The position numbers were made by a program, and so were the translations under genes. From contig OZ024742.1 in assembly GCA_964016885.1 (NCBI GenBank), forward strand, positions 157,480,001 to 157,544,000: 64,000 nucleotides of DNA. Reading direction: 5' to 3'. How positions within the stretch are numbered: position 1 is the first letter of the stretch; each line of letters begins with the position of its first letter. The notes under the pieces are model-generated. The model had not been told where the DNA came from. It saw only the letters and a list, made by a program, of their open reading frames with translations, and did no database searches. The stretch is from Eledone cirrhosa (taxonomy: Eukaryota). This document shows, piece after piece, positions 29,906-43,113 of the stretch.

Positions 29906-29999
29906 ACCCCTTGAGAAGATCGGCTATTTAAATACCATGATAAATTTTCATTTAGTCCAGAATTAGCCGTCGAAACGGCTTGAGCTCAGCCGTCGGGGT
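29906..29999 (+). ncRNA. Hammerhead motif with U3-A8 variant core (family B)
   Basis: ACCCC-TTGAGAA-GAtCGGCTA...TAGCCGTC-GAAA-CGGC-ttgagctca-GCCG-TC-GGGGT; predicted cleavage after 29994. Confidence 0.72.
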
Positions 30000-30115
30000 C
30001 TTACTGGTTCCTATTACCCACTCTACTACCCCAAGTATTGAGTACTTTGGTGCGTTATGGTCCACCTGGTTCCTTACCACATTTCCTTCGTTTTTTGTGC
30101 CTAACGTAGAAACAG

Positions 30116-30147
<32 letters not shown>

Positions 30148-30150
<3 letters not shown>

Positions 30151-30547
30151 TGTAATAAAAAACAACATAAGGCAATTATTTCATTTACCAGTGGTTTCTT
30201 AAAAGCAAAAAAATGTTGTTTTCAATCATCAGAATGAAAAAATCCTGGTTTATTTATTGACGTTGGATTTTACAGACAAAAATGCAATCTATATGAAAGT
30301 GAGGCTAGAAAAGGAAGAAGGAAAGGAAAGATAAAATAAAAAAACACATGCACACACACACACACACACACACACAAATATATATATAGTCATATGTATA
30401 TATATATATACTTACACACATACATACACACACACATACACACACACACATATATATATATGTGTATATATATACATACACATACATATACACATACATA
30501 CACACATAAATATCAACATATCCATACATACACATACATATATACAC

Positions 30548-30587
<40 letters not shown>

Positions 30588-30628
30588 CACATACATATAC
30601 ATACACATATACATACACATACATAAAT

Positions 30629-30691
<63 letters not shown>

Positions 30692-30834
30692 TACATACAT
30701 ACATACATAATCATACAAATATACACATACATATACATACATATCACAAACACATACATACAAATAAAAACACACACATATATATGTGTGTAAAACTCAT
30801 TCTTAGATAATTCATATGAACATTATTTGACTCT

Positions 30835-30838
<4 letters not shown>
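30148..30838 (-). mobile_element. Solo pseudo-LTR of PLE family C
   Basis: Reverse complement of ~35315-36332 and ~40180-41225, with internal deletions. Confidence 0.85.
30179..30239 (-). ncRNA. Type I hammerhead ribozyme motif (family C)
   Basis: TTTCATT-CTGATGA-TTGAAAAC..GCTTTTAA-GAAA-CCACTGG-TA-AATGAAA on the minus strand. Confidence 0.8.
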
Positions 30839-30879
<41 letters not shown>

Positions 30880-31067
30880 GATATTAACAAATGGAAACTA
30901 TATTTATAAAACCATATTTATTTTATTATACATATGTCAAGGACACCACGTTAAATTATGGTGTGCTTTCATCAGACAAAATACAATATAGATCAGTTTT
31001 ATAAGTAAATATTGACATACCCTTAAAAAATGCAAGCATTACTGTTAGGTATATATGTGTATGTGAG

Positions 31068-32417
31068 TAAGAAAATTAAAAAAATTAAAAATCAACTTAC
31101 TAAAATTTTCACTCCAACTAATTAGTTTCTGTAAGGGGATAAATATAGTTACATAATATAACTATAGAGAATTCCTTACGTCATTCGGGAGTCTATTCTC
31201 AGCTAAGTTTCCAGGCGATGCGCGGACACTAGGAACCCATATAAAAATAATAATTCAGTGGATGGGATAAAGCTAGCGAGGACTAAATTCCAGAGCACTG
31301 AAAAAATTCACTGCCTTTGGTCAGTGTCAGATTCTAAAGAATCAATCACGTGACACTGAGGTTAATCAGTTAGGAGCAGGGTGGCATTATGACAAGAGCC
31401 TACTACTACCATGAATCAGCAGTAAATTTTGGCAAGTTTTGCTCAACAAATAATTTGGAGATAAATATAGAGAATTAGTACATCTACCAACATATGTGTA
31501 CAGATGTACACCCATGCTAGCAAATATATATGTTATGTCTTAGTACCTTTGTGGTTCCATACAGGGGGATGCAGAACAATTATATGAAAGACGTAAAATA
31601 AGAAAATTTTAAAAATTAAAAATCAACTTACTTACTAAAATTTTCACTCCAACTAATTAGTTTCTGTAAGGGGATAAATATAGTTACATAATATAACTAT
31701 AGAGAATTCCTTACGTCATGTGGGAGTCTATTCTCAGCTAAATTCCCAGGCGATGCGCGGACAATAGGAACCCATATAACAATAATAATTCAGTGGATGG
31801 GATAAAGCTAGCGAGGACTAAATTCCAGAGCACTGAAAAAATTGACTGCCTCTGGTCAGTGGCAGATTCTAAAGAATCAATCACGTGACACTGAGGTTAA
31901 TCAGTTAGGGGCGGGGTGGTATTATGACAAGAGCCTACTACTACCATGAATCAGCAGTAAATTTTGGCAAGTTTTGCTCAACAAATAATTTGGAGATAAA
32001 TATAGTGAATTAGTACATCTACCAACATATGTGTACAGATGTACACCCATGCTAGCAAATATATATGTTATGTCTTAGTACCTTTGTGGTTCTATGCAGG
32101 GGGATGCAGAACAATTATATGAAAGACGTAAAATAAGAAAATTTTAAAAATTAAAAATCAACTTACTTACTAAAATTTTCACTCCAACTAATTAGTTTCT
32201 GTCAGGGGATAAATATAGTTACATAATATAACTATAGAGAATTCCTTACATCATGAGGAAGTCTATTCTCAGCTAAGTTCCCAGGCGATGCGCGGACACT
32301 AGGAACCCATATAAAAATAATAATTCAGTGGATGGGATAAAGCTAGCGAGGACTAAATTACAGAGCACTGAAAAAATATTCACTGCCTCTGGTCAGTGGC
32401 AGATTCTAAAGAATCAA
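31068..32417 (-). repeat. 535-bp tandem array (~2.5 units), each unit with a core-mutated hammerhead (retrozyme-like)
   Basis: ACTCCAACTAATTAGTTTCTG recurs at 31111, 31646 and 32181; non-coding; HHR folds at 31111-31192, 31646-31727 and 32181-32262. Confidence 0.85.
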
Positions 32418-34727
32418 TTGGGCTCAAGTGATTCTGCCCAAATTACCGATCTTGTGGGCCTCATTCTTCTATTTAACATAAATGCTTCTTTTCACCACCT
32501 TAAAGGAGGTTTATATCGTGACGACTGTCTTCTTCTTTCCAATAACCATAGCCTATCAGAAATTGAAAAAAATAAAAAACTTATTAGAACTTTCCTCAAA
32601 GACTATTATAGTCTAGATATTACATTTGAAAACACAAGTAAAGTAGTTAATTTCCTTGATATAACATTAGACTTATCTACGTGTATCTACCAACCTTACC
32701 ATAAACCTAACCAAAACTTACATTACATACACTCACAATCTAATCACCCTAAATCTATCCTTAAAAACCTAGCATATAATATATCACTCAGAATTTCTAA
32801 CCTTTGGTCTAACCAGGATGTATTTGATAAAAATGCGACCTTTTATAACGAAGCTTAGCTAGAAGTGACCACAAAAATAAATTAGTATATATACCTTGTA
32901 CCAATAACACTACAAACATACAACCCAATATTACCAACAAACACCAAATGAAATATACACACCTAAATGCCACTCACACTATACCCCAAAATACCAACAT
33001 AAAACTTAATTTATCTAACTCTTCTAATATACAATATAGTAACTTTCAAAAAACTATTCATCCTAATACTCCAATATATGTTAATAATAAAATTCCTAAT
33101 AAAAAGGCTAAAACACCTAAATCAATGAATCTAGCTATAAATATGTGTAATAAAATCATTAACAATAATTCTCTTAATAAACATCAGGATACATCCTATA
33201 AAAATAATAAACAACATCGAAACCGTAATAGACGAGTTACTTGGTATAATGCTCCATTTAATCTACAAATTAAAGATAATATACCTAAAAGATTTTTTAC
33301 TATCGTAGAGAAAAACTTCCCTCCAAACCACAAATGCCATCAAATTTTAAATAGATCAACGGTTAAATTCTCCTACTCAATAACCAAAAATATACAACAA
33401 AATAATAGTGCCTATAATGCATATAAATGTTAAAAAAACATGAATATACCACCAATACATCAAACTAACCATAATACTAAAATAAACCACAGTAAACCAC
33501 CATCTCATTCACATACAACAAGTTGTGAAAATTCCACACCAAATTTGACTATCTCCTCTGATACAGCATTCACGAAAGGTTGTAACTGTAGAAACAAAGC
33601 AAATTGCCCATTAAAAGGAAATTGTAAAAATGTAAAGTTAACACTAAGGACTCAACTGATTCATATATAGGAGCTACTTCTAACCAATTTAAAGTAAGAT
33701 TTAATACCCACAAACACAGTTTTAAAAATGCCGCATTAGCTAATACAACATCTTTAGCTGAAATAATTAATAATTATAGTAAAAGGAATATAGATTATGA
33801 CCTGACCTGGAGTGTGATCAAAAGGGCCACCCCTTATCAAAATAATAGATATGAATGTAGATTATGTTCCCAGGAACTTTTTGAAATAATGAAATCTAAG
33901 GATATCCTATTAAATAAACGACAGGAATTAATTATATCATGTAATCATAAACTGAGAAGAACTTTTAAATATTATAAACCTAATTAATATACACCTTAGA
34001 AATTATTATAATAACAGTTTTTTTTAAATTAGTTAACCTATAATTAATATTCTACTACTAATGAACTGCATAATGTTATTTCCCTTTTACGGCTATATTT
34101 TCCTAAATTGTATACCAATATGTATACATATAAACTATTTTAATTTCAGGTTATGATTCTATGTTCCTTATAATCTATATAAATTTGTTATTTCTCACTA
34201 ATAAATTTACCCCAACAAAAATAATAATTATTATTATTTTTTTCTATTTTCCCTCCGTTTTTAACAGCACTCTTCAATTACATCTTATCCTTATTTATCA
34301 TATCGATATGAATTAATATAAATTTATCAATATAAATATACCTATCAATTTAATTAATTTATTTTCTTTTTATAGATGTAAATTCCCTATATTTTAAATA
34401 AGATTGATATTTTTCACTAATACATTTAACGTAAAATTTTATTCTCCTTAGATATTTACATTAGCATTATTCTTTTATAACATCAATTTTTCGTGTACTT
34501 TTTACAGACTTGACTTATTTTCAAATAATCTTTTCATTCAAAATACTCTTTCCATTCAAAACTGAAATCTGCTTTCCTCTACCCCTAAATTAAAGTTCTA
34601 TTACTACTATTCTACCATCTTGACCACTTACTACCTTTCTATTGGTCAATTCAAAACCTGTTCCCAAACAGACCTATTATATTAAATCCTTGTTGGTTTT
34701 TTTCAATAAACAAATATCATTGTTTCT

Positions 34728-34900
34728 TGGCAGTATCGGTAGAGAGTCGGACGCCATGCTTTCCAGCATAGTTACGTCCCTTTACGATCTGAGTTCAAAT
34801 CCCGCCGAGGTTGACTTTGCCATTCATCCTTACGGGGTCGATAAAATGAAGTACCAGTAATGCACTGGTTAATTGCTGGCCTTGTGCCTAAAGTAGAAAC
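34728..34900 (+). mobile_element. tRNA-derived SINE inserted at the family A hammerhead
   Basis: TGGCAGTATCGGTAGAG, GAGTTCAAATCCCGCC, CATCCTTACGGGGTCGATAAAATGAAGTACCAG (Meta-domain-like), tail ..GTAGAAAC; TSD-like ATTGTTTCT/ATTATTTCT. Confidence 0.88.
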
Positions 34901-34901
34901 A

Positions 34902-35036
34902 ATTATTTCTGAAGACAGCATATATATGTGTAGGTATGTATATTCCCTCTGATAGTTTGTAAAAATTGTACATAGATCTATATGATCTACATACCAACAC
35001 AAACATATATATCCTAGAAACGATCGTAAAACGATG
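34902..35036 (+). ncRNA. Type I hammerhead motif (family A copy 2)
   Basis: CTGAAGA at 34909; GAAACGATCGTA at ~35017. Confidence 0.65.
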
Positions 35037-35225
35037 AATTTTTTTTAATATAAGGAACTGTTTCTTTGTTTTTATTCATTATTTTTATTAATTTATCTTG
35101 ACTCTGTTTACCTGCATTTTACATCGGAAAAATTTTTTTTGAATACATCTCTCTTCATGATATTCGGATTACATTGAGTTCTTCATACGGATTGGACACT
35201 ACCGTACATTTTGGTAGAATTATCT

Positions 35226-35316
<91 letters not shown>

Positions 35317-35473
35317 AGAGCCAAATAATGTTCATATGAATTATCTAAGAATGAGGTTTACACACATATATATTTGTGTGTTTGTATTTGTATGTATGTG
35401 TTTGTGATATGTATGTACATGTATGTGTATATTTGTATGGTTATGTATGTATGTATATATATATATCTATCTA

Positions 35474-35538
<65 letters not shown>

Positions 35539-35912
35539 GTGTGTATATATGTATATCTGTGTGTGTATGTAATTGTGTATGCGTATGTATGTGTTTATGT
35601 ATTTGTATAATTATATTTATGTGTGAGAGTGTGTGTATGTATTTATTTTTACGTATGTATGTGTACGTGCATTTGTGTGTATTGCTTACGTGTGTTTGTT
35701 CATTTATTTGTTGCCTGTATCGCTGTCAACATTATAATAGTCCTTATATTAATTTTTTTTTATATTATTAGATATTTTTTCTTATATTTATTTGTGTGTG
35801 TGAGTATGTAGAGGTGTGTGTATATATTTCTATTTGTGTGCATGCGTATGTATGCGTGTATACATGTGTGTATGTATGTATGTGTATGTATATGTGTATG
35901 TATATGTATGTG

Positions 35913-35957
<45 letters not shown>

Positions 35958-36242
35958 AGTTGTATATATATATGTGTATGTATGGATATGTTGATATTTA
36001 TGTGTGTATGTATGTATGTGTATATGTATGTGTATGTATATATATACACATATGTATGTGTGTGTGTATATGTGTGTGTGTATTTATGTGTGTATGTATA
36101 TATATATATGTGTATGTATATAATTGTGTGTGTGTGTGTTTGCATGTATGTTTTTATTTTATCTTTCCTTTTCCAGCCTAACTTTCATATAGATTGCATT
36201 TTTGTCTTTCAAAACCAACGCCAATAAATAAACCAGAATTTT

Positions 36243-36303
36243 TTTCATTCTGATGATTGAAAGCAAATTTTTTTGGCTTTTAAGAAACCACTGGTAATTG
36301 AAA
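36243..36303 (+). ncRNA. Type I hammerhead ribozyme motif in the 5' pseudo-LTR (family C)
   Basis: TTTCATT-CTGATGA-TTGAAAGC/GCTTTTAA (8-bp stem II)-GAAA-CC act GG-TA-ATTGAAA. Confidence 0.8.
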
Positions 36304-36516
36304 TAATTGCCTTATGTGGTTTATTACATAACTATTAAGCTCTGTTACCTACAAAGAGCACTCTTTTTTCCTGGACTTTTCCGACAGAATTACTTCATTT
36401 ATACAGCTCCAACCGGGATTGAATGAAGCATATTCTATATTACATATACGATTGGCACTTTCCATCCCGATTAGTTGAGCACTCTACAGTTTTCAGGAAT
36501 TTAACCAACATACACC

Positions 36517-38615
36517 ATGGACCTTTATGAATTGGATTATTCAATCAAAAATATACCTACTCCTTCCAATACAACATATACCAAAATGCTTATAGATAAA
36601 ATCGAACAAGTCGTTAAAAGAAGGAGATGGAAGGCAATGGTTTACGATGGACTATTCAGTGCTGAGACTATTGATTGTTTTGACATAAAATCCCGTAAAT
36701 ATCTACCTAGAATTAAAGACATGGCCAACTTCGAATTACACCTTGTTAATTTAATTAGTGTTATCAAATTTCGTAAGTACAATAATAATTTTTTAAACTA
36801 AACTGTCTAACGATATTTCTAATTTTAAAAATTCTACAAACACCTTTGTTGTTTCTGATAAAACTAAAAATCTCTTTGAAGTTAATAGTATTTTCTATAA
36901 CCAACTTTTAACTAAGAGTATCACCAACAAATATCAATTAACTAATAATAATACCTACAATAATATTAACAAAGAAGCTAAAGAACTAGCTAGTTCTTTA
37001 AAAATAGACAACTGGATTGAAAGACTAGCTAAGCGTAAAGAATATATTACCCTTAAAGACCATAAATTAGACTTTACTAAGCGACCTAGTTGTAGACTGA
37101 TTAACCCGGCTAAATCCGAAATTGGCCTTGCAAGTAAAAAAATCTTAAGAAAAATAATTCTCCAAATTAGAACTAAGACTGACCTATCACAGTGGCTAAA
37201 TACTTCCTCTGTTATATCTTGGTTTAATAATATACAAGGTAAAAATAAGTGTAGATTTACCCAATTTGATATTGTTGATTTTTACCCCTCTATTACTGTT
37301 TCCTTATTAACTAATGCCTTAGAGTTTGCAAGACCCTTCATTAATATTTCTAAATTAGAAGAAAACATTATCTTTCATGCTAGAAAAACTTTACTCTTTA
37401 CCAATGAAAATATTTGTGTTACAAAGTCAAACCCTGAAAACTCTTTTGATGTTGCAATGGGTTCATATGGCAGTGCGGATGTGTGTGACTTAGTAGGATT
37501 ATTCCTTCTCCACACCCCCAAAGAGAAATTTCCTTCCCATAATATCGGTTTATACCCTGATGACGGATTGGCAGTTTCTCATACCACAAACGGCCATAAC
37601 CTTGATAAATTCCGTAAAGATGTAATCAATACCTTTGTTAATCTTAACCTTAAAATTACTATAGATACGAACCTTACCAATGCTAACTTTCTTGACATTA
37701 ATATTGTTCTACTTACCGCCTCTTTTAAACCTTATCATAAACCTAATGAAAATCTTAGGTATATACACAAAGAGTCTTGCCATCCCCCTATAGTTTTTAA
37801 AAATCTTATTCCCAACATTAGCCGTAGGATTTCTACCTTATCTCCGTCTATAGACATTTTTAATAAAGCCGTTCCTTATTATAATAAAGCCCTTAATAAC
37901 AGCGGTTTTACAGAACAAATGTATTATCTACCTACTACCCCCCCCCCCCTAAAACTAACCACAATCATAGGAAAAGGAAAATTATGTGGTTTACACCCCC
38001 TTCTCTCTAACTGGCAAAACTAATGTAGGAAGGAAATTCCTTGAACACTTAGATAAACATTTTCCTCCTAATCATAGATATTATAAGATATTTAATAGAA
38101 ATGTAGTTAAGATCAGTTACTCTTGTTGCCCATCAATGAAGTCCAACATCACTAATTCAAATCATACGAGAACAAATCCAGGAGGCAGTTGCAGGAGCCG
38201 GATGAATGCCCATTACAGGGAAAATGTAACACCAAATCTGTTGTTTATGAGGCTAAAGTGACACCTTTAATCAACAACCAGCCAGCCAGGAGTGAGCGAT
38301 ATGTTGGCATGACCCAGGACAGGTTTAAAACCAGGTTTTATGCACATGTCGCTTCTTTTAAGCACTCCGATAAACGAACAGCAACGGCACCTCGCAAGTA
38401 AGGTGTGGGAATTCAAGGATAAAAACATCCCGTACTCTATCGATTGGTCTATTTTAGACCATTCGAGGGAGTACCAAAGGGGCACGAAGAATTGTTCTTT
38501 GTCTAACACAGAAAAATATAGGATTTTGCTAAACTTGAAAGCCACTTCTGCTTGCCTGAACTCAAAGACCGAGATCTTCAGATGTTGTCCTCATCTGAAA
38601 TCACATCTGATCTGA
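36517..38615 (+). pseudogene. PLE RT-GIY-YIG polyprotein (family C), from ATG to stop but frameshifted
   Basis: MDLYELDYSIKNIPTP..RRRWKA, SDKTKNL, LKDHK, QFDIVDFYPSI, FDVAMGSYG, GLYPDDGL, CPLQGKC..VVYEAKV..YVGMT..RFKTRF. Confidence 0.92.
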
Positions 38616-39105
38616 AAATGGATTGACATTCCTATGATAAATCAAACAACTCGAACTCCTTTCCTGCTCTTTACTTCCACTACGGTTTTTTTACCTGCTG
38701 AATCCACGTTCTGTACTCTTGTATTCTCTTTCTCCCTTATGTCCCCTTATATTTAAACCTTTTCCTATGTCATTTACTTCCCCCCTTTTTCCCCACTATT
38801 TGTTTGCCTTACCCTTCACATACCAACACTTTTTTTATTTTTATATATTAAAATGTTATTTGTTTGTGTTGCGTATATGTATGTATGTGTGTGTATATGT
38901 ATATGTATGTATATATATATATATGTATATATATATGTATACATATATGTGTATGTATATATGTGTGTATATGCATATGTGTATGTATATATGTGTGTGT
39001 ATGTACGTTTATATGTATCTGGATGTATATGTATATGTATATATAATCGTATATATTATATATTTCTTTGTATTTGTGCGCGTGTGTGTATATATTTATA
39101 TGTAT

Positions 39106-39205
<100 letters not shown>

Positions 39206-39376
39206 GTATATGTGTATGTAAGTATGTGCGTCTATATAAAGATTTAATGTGTGTGTATGGGCGTGTGTATATTTGTGCATTGATTATGTATTTTTTTTAT
39301 ATAATGGTTTTGTGTGTATATATATAATAGCCTCAGAAACGGCTTGAGCTCTGCTGTGGGGTCAGACTGTTTCCTA

Positions 39377-39421
<45 letters not shown>

Positions 39422-39706
39422 GTAATTGTATGTGTGTGTGCATTTCTGTGGTTGTGTTTTTTTGTGTGTGTGTGTGTATGTATATATGTGTGTATATATA
39501 TATGTGTGTATATATATGTGCATATGTATATATGTATAAGGGTGTATGTATATGCATCATTACATATAGTGATTTAATGATTATTTTCATTGATCTTTTG
39601 CTCCAGGAACTTGTTGAGTGCTCTAAATCTGCTATAAGCATTTATTATATTTTTTTTTATTTATTATTTGTCGTATTCCCAACTTTTTATTTTCTATTTT
39701 ATTTGA

Positions 39707-39930
39707 ATTTTTATTTTTATTTTTATTTTTATTTTTAGTTTTATTTTTATTTTTATTTTTATTTTTATTTTTATTTTTATTTTTATTTTTATTTTTATTT
39801 TTATTTTTATTTTTATTTTTATTTTTATTTTTATTTTTATTTTTATTTTTATATTTATTTTTATTTTTATTTTTATTTTTATTTTTATTTTTATTTTTAT
39901 TTTTATTTTTATTTTTATTTTTATTTTTAT
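39707..39930 (+). repeat. (ATTTTT)n hexamer array inside family C
   Basis: Read directly from the sequence. Confidence 0.95.
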
Positions 39931-40033
39931 ATATACAATATTTTTTTATATATATTTTTTTTTATATTAAAATATATTTTTTTATATATAAATATATAAA
40001 TTTTAGGTACTTTCTCATATATATATATTTAGT

Positions 40034-40064
<31 letters not shown>

Positions 40065-40310
40065 ATGGACGTATTCATACGTATGTGTATGTATATATGT
40101 GTGTGTAGGTATATATGTGTATGTGGGTATGTATGTATGTGTATATATGTGTACGTATATATATATATATATATATATTAGTAAAATAAGGTTCATATGA
40201 ATTATCTAAGAATGAGTTTTACACACATATATATGTGTGTGTTTGTATGTGTATGTATGTGTTTGTGATATGTATGTATATGTATGTGTATATTTGTATG
40301 GTTATGTATG

Positions 40311-40341
<31 letters not shown>

Positions 40342-40946
40342 GTGTATATATGTATATGTGTATGTAATTGTGTATGCGTATGAATGTGCTTATGTATTTG
40401 TATATGTATATTTATGTGTGAAAGTGTGTATATGTATATATTTTTACGTATGTATGTGTACGTGCATTTGTGTGTATTGCTTACCACTTGTGTTTGTTCA
40501 TTTATTTGTTGCCTGTATCGCTGTCACCATTATAATAGTCTTTATATTCATTTTTTTTATTTATTTTATTATTAGATATTTGTTCTCATATTTATGTTTG
40601 TGTGTGAGTATGTAGAGTTGTGTGTATATATTTCTATTTTTTTGCATGCGTATAATAGCGTGTATATATGTGTGTATGTATGTGTATGTATGTGTATGTA
40701 TGTACGTGTGTATATACGTATGATTGTGTGTATATATGTATGTATGTGTATGTATATGTGTATGTATATGTATGTGTATATATATATATATATATGTGTG
40801 TGGTTATATATATGTATGTGTATGTATGGATATGTTGATATTTATGTGTGTATGTATGTATGTATATGTATATGTATGTGTATGTATATATATACACATA
40901 TATATGTGTGTGTGTGCGTGCATATGTGTATGTGTATGTATGTGTG

Positions 40947-40989
<43 letters not shown>

Positions 40990-41134
40990 ATGTATATAAT
41001 TGTGTCTGTGTGTGTGTATTTGTATGTGTGTTATTATTTTATGTTTCCTTTCCTTCTTCCTTTTCCAGCCTCACTTTCATATAGATTGCATTTTTATTTT
41101 TAAAATCCAACGTCAATAAATAAACCAGGATTTT

Positions 41135-41195
41135 TTTCATTCTGAAGATTGAAAGCAAAATGTCTTTGCTTTTAAGAAACCACTGGTAAATGAAA
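41135..41195 (+). ncRNA. Type I hammerhead ribozyme motif in the 3' pseudo-LTR (family C)
   Basis: TTTCATT-CTGAAGA-TTGAAAGC/GCTTTTAA-GAAA-CCACTGG-TA-AATGAAA; perfect stem I; the core differs from the 5' copy only at the free position N7. Confidence 0.85.
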
Positions 41196-41285
41196 TAATT
41201 GCCTTATGTTGTTTATTACATAACTATTAAGCTCTGCTACCTACATAGAGCACTCTTTTTTCCTGGAATTTTCCGACGGAATTAC

Positions 41286-41476
<191 letters not shown>

Positions 41477-41653
41477 TTATGTATATATATACATATATAT
41501 GTATATATTCATACATATACATATATATATAAGTATATATGTAAAAGATAAAAAGAAATAACAACACAATAGGTACAGTATATGGAAGGAATATATAAGG
41601 TTAACGTTTGAAATACCAGGAAGAACACATGGTTCCTTACCACACTGTCTTTG

Positions 41654-41688
<35 letters not shown>

Positions 41689-41723
41689 TATATATATAAA
41701 CACACATATATATATATATATAC

Positions 41724-41808
<85 letters not shown>

Positions 41809-41913
41809 TGTGTGTGTGTGTGGTTGTGTATGTGTGTGTTTTATGTTAGCTATGATGCTTCCATAGGCGGTATGCCAGTTGAGCACTATATGTTCTTACG
41901 GAGCAGAGTGTGA

Positions 41914-42128
41914 TATAATATAAAACGAAAAATCAGTGATACATATGGACTCAGTTTATTTTGTGTTACAATTGTTCCGAAAATATTGCATATGTCCGAA
42001 GTACCTGCAGATCTAGAATCAGATAGATACATACAATGATCGTGTCTCGAGATATCTGCCGGCGAAACAATTGTAACACACAATAAACTGATTCCAGATG
42101 CATCACTAATTTTTCGTTTTATATTATA
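41914..42128. repeat. ~65 bp inverted repeats enclosing a decayed hammerhead-like motif
   Basis: ATAAAACGAAAAATCAGTGAT..CAGTTTATT..TGTGTTACAATTGTT versus AACAATTGTAACACA..AATAAACTG..ATCACTAATTTTTCGTTTTAT; GAAA-CAATTG-TA at 42065. Confidence 0.7.
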
Positions 42129-42154
42129 TTATATTATATTATATTATATTATAT

Positions 42155-42209
<55 letters not shown>

Positions 42210-43086
42210 CAGGGTGCAGACGATATCTGTTCGCAAGATTACTGTCTAGGAGAAAATAACACAGTAGTTTTATTTTTTAAGATATATTTATCAAACATGG
42301 GTCAGTTTGTCTTCATGAATTGTTCTTTTGATATCACTCGATGAAACCGCCATTGGCTTTGATGACAGCCTCAGGGCGGCCTTGGAACCGGCTACAGGCC
42401 CTCGTCAATGTCCCCCAAATTAGGACCCTAAAGGCACTTGTGATCGTCTTTCGTATTGCAGCTAGATCTGTTGTGTCTCGTTCCACTGCGAGCCACACAA
42501 AGAGTTAGACGGGGCTTAATTCAGGCGAGCTGGGAGGCCAGATTTCAGGTGAAGTGTGGACGACGAAGTTCTCTGACAGCGAGACTTGGGTCCTTCGGCT
42601 GCTATGGCAGGTCGCTGAGTCTTGCTGCCACACGTACGGCCTACCTGCAGCTACCTGGTCGATCCAGGGCTTTACTACCGCGCCCAGAACGCGGATGTAG
42701 TCATCGGTGTACAGCTTGAGGCCCTCAGGGAAGAAGTGAGGTGGCAAGACGTCACCTTGTCTTCTGACGACACCTAAAACTAATGTTGTCGCTGGAAACT
42801 TTGTCTGCATGACTCTGGGCACGTCTTTGGATGAGACACCATCCTCCTGCTGACGCTGAGAAAGTCTGAAGTTTTCTTATTTGTCCTCCTGGTGCGGGTT
42901 CCAAGAAGAACTAAGGGGCTCTTCCACAAATTTGCAGATTCAAAATTATTCATAATCAAATATTCTGAAAATAAATAATGGAAATATAGTCACTGTTTTT
43001 ATGAAGACAAGAGTGACAACGGAATTAAAGATAATTTGCATAAAATCATCAGTTGAAAATTGTGAACAAATATCGTCCGCACCCTG
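42210..43086 (-). mobile_element. Tc1/mariner DNA transposon (maT/DD37D-like), internally deleted
   Basis: TIRs CAGGGTGCAGACGATATCTGTTCGCAA / TTGTGAACAAATATCGTCCGCACCCTG in (TA)n; ORF 42505-42822 has WQQDSATCH and WPPSSPELSP. Confidence 0.92.
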
Positions 43087-43113
43087 AATATATATATATA
43101 TATATATATATAT

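Larger units (their letters stand above)
25336..30092 (+). mobile_element. Penelope-like element family B, copy 1: inverted 3' arm (25336-26650), 130 bp UTR piece, near-complete ORF and 3' UTR
   Basis: 25336-26650 is the reverse complement of ~28689-30014; 26649-26781 duplicates 28979-29111; both ends lie in or next to (TA)n. Confidence 0.95.
32418..35227 (+). mobile_element. Penelope-like element family A, copy 2 (5'-truncated within the RT)
   Basis: Starts at GSSDSAQITDLVGL, has GLYRDD, and is collinear with 1514-4703; ends ATCTAC before (CA)n(TA)n. Confidence 0.92.

Noticed and set aside
30918-30985. Minus-strand CTGATGA-stem-GACATATGTA
   Set aside because: GAAA is reduced to GA and stem I is poor; possibly a dead HHR, so not counted.
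39325-39365. GAAACGGCTTGAGCTCTGCTGTGGGGTC inside family C
   Set aside because: Only the 3' half of a family B-like HHR; treated as a decayed fragment.
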